From positions 1 to 56,975 of the IMG/VR virus record IMGVR_UViG_3300035533_000009: 56,975 nt of DNA; one strand, 5' to 3'. This DNA comes from a virus. A program made the position numbers and the translations under genes. The first letter of the stretch is position 1. Each line of letters begins with the position of its first letter. Below, one piece after another: positions 18,822 to 28,800 of this stretch. Under the pieces are notes generated by a model. The model was not told the DNA's origin. It did no database searches and saw nothing but the letters and a program-made list of their open reading frames with translations.

Positions 18822-19824
18822 TAAAGCGGCATACATCGGAGCCGGATTACTCAAAGGCTTCGCCCGAGGCGGTGAACATCTTGCCAAGCGCTCCCTCGAA
18901 CAGGAAGAGCGCGAAGCGGAGGCCCTGCGGCAGCGCAGCCTGGCTGAATTTCAGGCTGAACTTAACGACACCTACGCCCAGAAGCGCGAAGACCGCGCCT
19001 ACGAGCGCGACAAGGGCATGGTTGACTACCGCAACGAGGCCAAGAAGGGGCAGATCAGCCGCACAATCACCCGCGTGGATGATAAAACCGGCAAGAAGTA
19101 CCAACTAGAGGTGGATAGTTACGGCAACCCGGTTACGGATGAGCGCCTTTCCGGCGTGTCTGAGGGATTGCTTTCCGGAGGATCCGGATCAAAGAAAGAT
19201 ATTAAGCTGGGAGATATGCCCGACGATGTGCTGAATGATCCACTCCTCCAACGTGTAGTTAAAGACGAAGAAGGCAACCCCATACCCGACATGAAGACCG
19301 GTAAGCCCATGACCGAGACGAATTGGGGTGAAGTGTCGCAGATACGTGACATGATGACCCAATACGGAATCAGGGATTGGCGGCAAGGAGTGTTTCTTTA
19401 TAAGCAGAGCGTATTGCCCCAGCGTATCGAGCAGGAACGGCAGGAACGCATACAGGCGGTTGTTGAGGCAGGACCAGAAAAGGCCCGCAAGCTTATTGAG
19501 AAAATGAAGCCCGAAACCCGCGCCCAACTCGTAAGTGAGTTGCCGGATGACTTCCTGAGCCAGGTCGAGTCATCCGCGAATAAGCCTTCGGTAAATACGG
19601 ATTCGCGCGACCCCCAAGAGCGGTATTCGAATGCCACTCCCGAACAGATAGCGGAATCCCTGCGCGGGAAGGCCCCTTTTCTGATAGACAACCACCTAAG
19701 GCAACTCCCGGAAGAAACCGCAGCACAGGTTAAGGAGATACTTAACCAAAAGTCCCCCGTTGATCCCAACAGCCTGAAGGGCTCAATTATAAATGCCGGA
19801 CGCAATCTAGGGCTTCTGGAATAA
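18814..19824 (+). CDS. Hypothetical protein (336 aa)
   Basis: Overlaps the previous ORF by 8 nt. Charged and helix-prone. Confidence 0.55.
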   Translation: MADKAAYIGAGLLKGFARGGEHLAKRSLEQEEREAEALRQRSLAEFQAELNDTYAQKREDRAYERDKGMVDYRNEAKKGQISRTITRVDDKTGKKYQLEVDSYGNPVTDERLSGVSEGLLSGGSGSKKDIKLGDMPDDVLNDPLLQRVVKDEEGNPIPDMKTGKPMTETNWGEVSQIRDMMTQYGIRDWRQGVFLYKQSVLPQRIEQERQERIQAVVEAGPEKARKLIEKMKPETRAQLVSELPDDFLSQVESSANKPSVNTDSRDPQERYSNATPEQIAESLRGKAPFLIDNHLRQLPEETAAQVKEILNQKSPVDPNSLKGSIINAGRNLGLLE

Positions 19825-19836
19825 GGAGATAGCTTC

Positions 19837-22800
19837 TTGGATAGATTAGACAGTGACTTTATATCTGAGTTCGACCGCGCCTGGCAGGAAGTTGAAGCAG
19901 AAGAGGCTGAGGTCAAGAAGCGGCAGAACCTTCCAGACCCGGTGCGCGGACTTCTTGGCGGCATTGATACCACACAGGGCCTCGCGTATGGAACCGCTGC
20001 ATTGGCAGGGAAAGCGCTCGGCTCCGAATCGTTGCAGGATTGGGGGGTTGAGGGATATCAGCGCAACATGGAAGAGTCTGCGTCCTACGGCGAGTCACCA
20101 GAGTTTGGCGAAGATCCTCTGGGCTGGGCTGGCTACAATCTGGGCGCGGTCTTTCCTTCCATGGTTGAAGCTGCGGGTGGAGCGGCGATAGGAACCATGG
20201 CTGCTCCCGGTCCCGGAACCGCAGCCGGTGCAACAGCAGGGCGCACGATTCTCAAAAAAGCTATAGGCAAGCTGTCAAGTGATATGGTGGAGAGCTATGC
20301 CAAGAAGCACGGGCGCGAGGCTGTCACCAAGGAAATAATCGACCAGGCCACTGAACAGGCACAGAAAGCCACATTGAAGAAGCTGGGCGGTAGAGCGGGC
20401 GCTGTGGGCGCAACCCTCCAAATGGAGGCTGGGGGCAACTTCGGTGAAGCGGTAGACGTGGTGGGCGTAGATGACGCAAGCGTTACCTCAGCCATTGCTA
20501 CCGCCATTCCTTCGGCGCTGGTGGAAACAGCCGGTGGTAATATCCGCATATTGGATAAGGTGTTGGATAGCCGTTATGCACGCATGGCGAAAGAGGGTAT
20601 ACAGAAAAATAACCCCGGCATAATAGCCCGTGCCATAACAGAGGGTGCAAAACAGGCTCCTGCAGAGGCGGCACAAGAGTCGTTCCAGGAGTTAATGAGC
20701 CTGTCAAACCTGTATATGAATGACCCCACCAATGAAGGTTTGAGCGCGGAAAACGTGAAGTCTCGCCTGGGCGAGTCCGCAGGCGTTGGGGCTCTGGCTG
20801 GCGGCGTGTTTGGCGGTGTAACTGGAGCTGTGTCGCGCGGTGGCACAGCGCAAGAGAACATCTCGGCCAAAATAGCGCAAGCAAAGCAGTCAGTGCCCAA
20901 GACCGGCGATCCTATCACCGATATGACGAACGAGGTGCAGGCCGAGACTGCCGCACTGGAGCAGACAGCCACCGAGCGGTGGGAGGGAGCATGGCGTGGA
21001 GTAGCAGCGCAGGAAGATCAGCGCGCGAAACGCGCCCGCATAAGAGACAGTCAGTTCGGCGACACGATCCCCGGTGAATCTGTCATGCAGGTATCGCAGA
21101 GAAGAAACGCGGGAACGGGCCTGCTTACCACACCCGAAAGACTTCTCCCGTATCAGGAGCAGGTCGTTGCAGAGCAAGAGCCTACAGTCCTTCCGTCAGA
21201 CGCACCCCGGTCTGGATATATGTCGCCGGAGATGTTCGAGCAGACCGGGCGCATGTTGCCATACAGTTATCGCGACAACCTTTCCCCCGAACAGCAGACA
21301 GAGCGCACCAACATCGCCCTGCGCGAAAGAGACCGCCAACAGCAGAGCCTTACCCGCGAACAGTTCCAGGAAGCGCAGAAACGGGTAAATCAGGTGGACA
21401 ATTACGCGCAACTGCGTGAAAACACAATGCGCCAGATTCGCAACCTTGAGAGAAAGAAGGACCTTAACAAGCCACAGCGCAACAGACTGAAGAGGTTGCA
21501 GGCACGCTTCGACCGCCTGACCCGCGTAGCCCCGGAGAAGCGTACTAACGCCGACAGGGTGAGCAAAGAAGGAAGCAAAGAGTTTATTCCGGTAATGAAG
21601 CGCAAGGAATACCGCGATATACTCCCCGAATACGTGCGCCAGAATGTCCAGACGAAGGACGAGATGGGTATGGGTTCCGTAGTAAACGCCGACGAGCGCG
21701 GACACTTTGGGCAGCGCACCCCCTCAACCAATCCCGCATGGGCGCAGGATGCCATAGCCGTTGCCGGGTCGGTGCCTAAACTCCGTAATGCGGTAGAAAA
21801 AGCCGCAAACGGCGAACCCCTGGGCGAGAATCAGCGCATTGCGGTGGAGATAGTAGCCGACGCCTACCGTGATGAACGCAACCAGGGGCGCGTGGGCGAA
21901 GTATTGCAGCGCCGTACCGACACGCAGAACCTTGTACGCACCCGCCAGGCCACAAAGGATAAGCCCTCAAGCCAGTATCTTGAGATGGACGAACGCGAGC
22001 AGGCGGTATATGACGAACTGGACAGCGAAACAAAGACCCTGCACGAACTTACCATGCAGGCATACGATGTGGCCGACGAGAACAGCGTGGATGCGTTGCT
22101 CGAATCTGACTTGAGCGATGGTGAGATTGCCGCAGAACTGTACAATTTAATTGAAAGGAAATCCAATGGGCGACAAAGCGAAACAGGTGAAACAACTGAT
22201 CGACAAGCAGAGACAGCGCAAGGGCCTGAAGCGGGGACCACAGAACGGGACGGGACCGAAAGCGCAGAAGGGGATGTGCGACAAGAAGTAGACCCGGATC
22301 AATTTCCTGACGCCACGAAAATGATCGAAACGGAACAGGCAACCGAAGCGACTGCACAGCCCACGGCTGACGTAGCAATCGAGGCAGGGCAGGGTCAGCG
22401 TAGCGAATCTGCCGCACCCGACTTTGAGGAAATGGTAAAGGAAGCCGCTCGCTGGAGAGGGGCAGCTCTGAATCATGCCTCCAATCTTGACAAAAAAGGC
22501 AAGTTCAAGGTATCGCAGCGCACTACCAAGGGCGACCTGGACGAATACCTGATGCGCAGGTACGGCATTGACGAAACAGCCGCAAGGGACGTTTCCAATG
22601 CGCTTACACAGCGTAACGTAGAAGATGATAGAACCGCAGACCCGGCAGACTATGATGGTGAGGCGTGGCAGCAGGTTGGCAACCCCGTAGCGTCTGACGA
22701 AACAGCGACACAGCCAGACCTCCCCAAAGAGCGCATGAAGTTTGTCGAGCGCAAGGTGTTTGGTGAGAAAGAGGTTACGCAGCCGGACGAGAAGCCAGCG

Positions 22801-25800
22801 AAAGAGCCGCTTGCAGGCAACGGAGCGCAAGAACAAAAACCGAAACCTGAAGTTAGCAAGAACACAATATATACCGACGAGGCGGCAGAAAAGGCACGCG
22901 AGATAATCCGGGCGAGTTTGAGCAGGGTCAACGCAGGCATTGATCCAAAGCTGATGCAGGCGGGTATTACCCTTGCCGGATATCACATAGAGAAAGGCGC
23001 TCGCACGTTTGCAGCCTATGCCAAAGCCATGGTTGAGGATATGGGTGATATGGTCAGGCCGCACCTCAAGGCGTGGTACATGGCGGTGAAATATGAACCT
23101 TCTGCGGCAGAGATGCACGCAGATATGGATTCTGCTGCTACAGTTGAAAGTGCTGAAATTGACGATATACTGAAGGTAAATGGAGGTGAAGATGTCACTG
23201 ACGAGCGTACCCCAGGAAGTGTGGAACGAGATAGCCGAGACGCAGGAACTGGCGACGAAGTGGGCGCAAGAGGTGTTTCCCCTAACCGGGGAGTTCGCGA
23301 TAGCGCAACAGGAGGGCAAGGAGTACGAAGCTCTGCGGAACAAGGGGATAGCGCAGAAAATAGCGGCGGCGTACCTGGACGTGAAACCCCTGCTCCTGGA
23401 AAACGTGGCAATCAGCAGGCATATCCTGCAGACGGATCAGTTGCAGCTGCGCAGCGCACTCCCGGAGGTAACAACGGTGAGCGAGGCGGTGATGTTAGCT
23501 TCGTTGGATCGGCGGTTGACCCCGTTGCAACAGAAGCAGTTGGAGAAACTGCTACAAAAGGACGTGAGAAAGCTGAAACTGCGAAACAGCAGAAGCAAGC
23601 AGAGCACAAGCGCGTAAAACTCGCAGATCGCGAGAATATAGCCGAAACACTTCCCGCGTTGTATGAAGAACAGCAGGATGATGTGTACTTTGCCGAACAG
23701 CGATTCAGCAAGCCGAAAGGCACGGGGGTATTGTTTGCCAACGGTACAGGTACGGGTAAAACATTTACCGGCCTCGGTATTATCAAGCGCTTCTCTATGC
23801 GTGGCAAAGATAACGTCTTGATCGTGGTTCCGAACGCTAAACTTATAGATGACTGGATTGAATCCGGCAAAGCCCTCGGTCTTGATATAAAAAAACTCAA
23901 GGACACCAAGGACAGCGGCAACGGGATAGTTATTACCACGTATGCCAACATGGGCGCCAACAATTCACTAGCAGAGCGTGAATGGGATTTAGTGGTTCCC
24001 GACGAAGCAGACAACCTTATGAGCAACAAGGGTGGCAAGGAGACTTCCGCACTTGCAACCCTGAGAGCCATAACATCCAACCCGCGTGGCACCTATGACC
24101 GCTTCCGTATGCTGTATAGCGATAAGATAGCGGAACGGGATCAACTCAAAGAATCAATGCAGTCCAATCGTAGCCTCTATGCTCTGGACGATACCACGGA
24201 CATGCAACGGACCGACCTTGAAAAAGAGTACGCAGGGCTGAAAGAAGAGTACGATGCGCTGACAAAAGAACTCGACCAGGCTAACAACGAAATTGTTGAC
24301 CAGATAAAAAACATGCCCGACGAACAGCGCACCAGGGTTGCATTTCTGTCCGCCACCCCCATACCCTACGAAAAGAACGTGGACTATCTTGAGGGTTATC
24401 TGTTCGATTATCCCGAAGAGGGCTATATCGGCAACAGCCGCCAGGGTGGTTTTGAGAAGTTCATGGTTGAAAACTTCGGTTATCGTATCCGGTACCATAG
24501 GTTGAATGAGCCGGACAAGGAAGTAAACCGGGGGCTGATGCAGCGCATGTTCAACAAGCGCCTGCGTGAAGAAGGGGTTTTGTCTACGCGGATGCTCAGT
24601 GTAGATAAAGACTATGACCGCCGCTTTGTCCTCACCGAAAACGCCATTGGCAGCAAGATTGATGATGGCCTACAATTCTTGTGGGACAATGAGCAATACC
24701 GCCCGCTGGCTGACATTATCAATAAACGCTTTGACTATCTCTCCAGGCGATACCTACTTGAGGCTATCAAGGCGCGTGAATCTGTGCCCTTGATAAAAGA
24801 CCACTTGAGTAAGGGGCGCAAGGTTGTGGTTTTCCACGACTATAAAAAGGGCGGTGGTTTCAATCCATTTGACCTTGGGACTTTGCGCAACAGCAAAGAA
24901 GAAATAGCCAAGACTGATATGACCCTTGGCGACCTGGTGAAGCAGTTTGAGGCGGAGCGCCCGGACTTGCAGCAGATAGACTTTGAAGGGTTAAACTCTC
25001 CCGTGGCAACATTTAGCCAAGCGTTTGATGACGAACTCCTTATTGTGAACGGAGACTTCAAGGAGCGGGAAAATCTGGAATCGTTCAAGCGTTTCAACGA
25101 CGAGGATTCCGGGCCTATGGTAATGCTGGTGCAGTCTGCCAAAAACTCCGGCTGGAGTGGGCACGACACCACCGGCAAGTATCAGCGTGTAATGTTTAAC
25201 CTTGGCTTGCCGGAGCGCCCCACAATGGCAATCCAGCAAGAGGGCAGGATTTACCGCGTAGGGCAGGCGTCCAATGCGATATTCCGCTACTTGAATACGG
25301 GCACAAATTGGGAGCGCATTGCTTTTGCGCAAACCATAGCGCAGCGTTCATCAACAGCAGAAAACCTGGCAATGGGTGAAGAAGCCCGCGCCCTCATGGA
25401 TGGGTTCATTGAAGCGTTCGAGGAGTCCGACAGCTACCCGGCAGGACACCCTGGAGAGGGAACCGGCGGCAAGGAGCGCGACGCTGCGGCAAACGCGGCG
25501 CTGACCGAATGGGACCGCGCCATGTCGCTGTATTACTCCCAGCTCAAACGCAACAGTAAGAGCAAAGCACAAGAGGGCTTGGATTATTTCGCCACGCCAG
25601 AACCGCTCGGCCTGAAAATGGTTGAGTGGGCAGATGTTCGTGGCGGTGAAGATGTGCTTGAACCTTCAGCCGGACATGGCGCCATAGCCCGCTGGATACC
25701 CGAAAATGTAAACGCTACCATCGTTGAACCATCCCTTGAATTAAGCTCAAAGGTTCGCATGGTGGCCCAGGGCAAGCATATTACTGACACCTTTGAAAAT

Positions 25801-28800
25801 CTCCACAAGGTCAATAAGTACGACGCTATTGTTATGAACCCTCCATTTGGAAAAGGCGGAAAGACCGCAATAGAACATCTGGAGAAAGCAACCAACCATC
25901 TGCGCGACGGTGGCCGTGTTGTGGCAATTATCCCAACCGGTCCGGCAGCGGATAAGCGTTTTGACAACTGGTTCTATGCTGAAGATGAGAAGGGCAAGAG
26001 CCTTACACCAGACCTGAGTTTAAGGGCTGAAATAAGTCTGCCATCATCAACCTTTGAGCGTGCCGGAACATCGGTTAAGGCACGGATAGTTGTTATTGAC
26101 AAAGGTAGCGAATCAACCGAGACAGCTACCCGCGACTATTCAAGTGCCACTGGTGTTAAAGAGTTTTTCGAGCGCATAGAAGATTCCAGCATACCGGAAC
26201 GTACTAAGGCGGAACCAGCAGAAGAAGCTATCGCGCCCCAGGCGGAAGGGAGCGAAAGCGGTTTCAAACTCGCGCAAACCACTCACGCAAAAAAAGGCAT
26301 CGACCTCTATGTGGCAACAAACATTGAGCGTGTTCCGTATGAAGAATATAAACGACTCAACTCAATAGCGAAAAAGCACAACGGCTATTACTCCAAGTTT
26401 AGCCGCAACGGTGCAGTGCCGGGCTTCCAGTTTGAAAGCGAGCAGGACAGGGCAGAGTTTTTGAAAGAAGCCGGTCAAGAACAGTTGCAATCACGCTCGG
26501 CACAGAAAACCAACAACACCACCGCACAGGTAGAAAAAGAAGCTAAAGCCTTCCTCGGCAAAGGCTTCGAGCGCATGAAGAACGCGGGTAAACTGAAGGT
26601 GGTGCAGAGTGTGAAGGACTTGCCAAACGTGGCGCGTGGAATGTTTGCCGCTGCATGGCACGGGTCGCCCCACAGGTTTGATAAGTTCAGCACAGAAAAT
26701 ATCGGTACGGGTGAGGGAGCGCAGGCTTACGGGCATGGTCTTTATTTTGCGTCAAGCCGGAGGGTGGCGGAGTGGTATAAGGAAAAATTATCTGGGAAGC
26801 TTCCATACAAAACGCGAGTACGGTCTTACGAAGCGCCAGAAGGTGGGCGAGGCTGGCTGGTGGAAGTTTTTTCTAAGGATCGGCGCACTGGAGAGGATGA
26901 CAGGACTCCGTATTATTTAAAAAAAGACGCAGATTTGAAGGATTATTTATCTGACACTGACGCAAAGCGCCTGATTACTAGCGCGGAATCCCAAGGTGAC
27001 GTTGATGAAGTAATCCGCATCAGCAATGAAGGCAACCTCTACCAAGTCGAACTCGCACCAAAGGAAGATGAGTACCTTCTCTGGGACAGGCCGCTGAGTG
27101 AACAGAGCGAGAAGGTGAAGACGGCGCTGTCTGATGCTATGGGGCCGGGGATACTGAAAGACGGTTCAGGGCAAAATCTTTACAAACACCTTTCTGGCAA
27201 TATGTCGCTTGGGTCGCAACAAGCCGCCTCCGGATACCTCCACTCCCTCGGCATCCGTGGTATCAAGTATCTTGACGGGTCAAGCCGCAGCAAAGGTGAA
27301 GGCAACTACAACTATGTCATATTTAACGATGCTGATGTTGAAATTACCGCTCTCTACTCCAAGAACGGCGATATTGCCGGCGTCTACCAGGACGGCACTA
27401 TCTACCTCGTTGCAGATCAGATAGAGAAAGGTGAAACCGCCGGGCTGCTGAAACACGAAGGCTTGCACCTCCTGCTGCGTAACGACCCGGCCTTTAAGAA
27501 GCGCAAGGGCGAGATCATGCGCCAGTTTAAGAACCTCAAGAACACCCCCAAAGTGCGGGAAGCGTACAACTCCGTGCCGGAAGATACCGCTGCCAACGTG
27601 CGCGACGAGGAAGCACTGGCGTACCTGGTGCAGAACCACAAAGAGCACAGCCTGGTTAAGCGGATCATCTCAGCGGTGAAGGCATGGATGTTCCGCAACG
27701 GTATTCCGGTAACAAAGCTGACCGAAGGTGACTTGACCGCACTTGCGGCGCAGGGGATTAAGCGGTTCAGCAAGGCACAGACCATAGAGCAGGCTTTAGC
27801 GCAAGCAGACGCTATGGTAGGCAGCGAGCAACCCGTATTCTCCCGCAAGCGCACCAAGGGCACCGAAGCGCAGGAGAAAGCCCTGCGCGAGACACAGGCG
27901 GTCCCTAAAGATGAAATGTCCTGGCATGAGCGCGTGCAGGACTGGATGAAGGGGATCAGCGAAAACTTCAATAAAGAGAACATCCGCCAATCGGTATTTG
28001 ACGAATATGCCAGTGTAGAGAGAGCGGAAAAGCAGAAATACGGCAAACTTCTGGACGCTGACTTTTCCCCATCCAAGGCGTTACGTGCTACCAAGAACCT
28101 TGATTCCGTTATGGCGGCAATCTTCATGAAGGGCAAGATACGCCGGAACAAGAACGGCTGGGTTGAGCTTGTTGACCCAAAAAACGGCAAAGGGTTCCTG
28201 CAAATCTTTGAACCCTTGTTTCAGTACGAGGGCGGATCGCTTACGCGCCTGTGGGAAGGTTACGCCGGGGCGCGACGTGCCAAGGAGTTGAAAGCGCAGA
28301 ACCGCGAGAACAACTACAGTGACGAGCAGATAAAGGAACTGCTGAAACTCGAACGAGAATACGACGGTACAAACGGAAAGCCGGACTTCAAGGCGATATT
28401 TGACGAATATCAGGCGTTCAATAAATCCATCCTGGACTTTGCCGAATCAGCAGGAGTAATTGACCCGGAAAGCCGCAAGTTGTGGGAGAGCAACGACTAT
28501 ATCCCCATGTACCGTATCCTCGACGACATGGACGACGCCAAGGGGCCGATGAAAAAAGGCGGCGTAGCAAGCCAGACAAGCGGAATACGCAAGCTCAAGG
28601 GCGGTGTAAGTAAACACGGCGGCGTACTGGAAAACATGGTAATGAACATGACCAAGCTGGTGGACGCCAGTTATAAGAACATCGCTGCTGAACGCGCCAT
28701 TGACCTGGGGCTTGAAACTGGGCACGCGGAAGCGGTGGCAGGATCGGCTGCGAACATGGAAGAGGAGCAGATACGCGAGTACGTCAACGGTGTAGGCCTC

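Noticed and set aside
22147-23343. 398-aa minus-strand ORF inside the giant gene, and many similar antisense ORFs between 19.9 and 30.6 kb
   Set aside because: They are antisense to a continuous motif-bearing 3,554-codon ORF. They have Cys/Arg/Phe-rich composition and no RBS.
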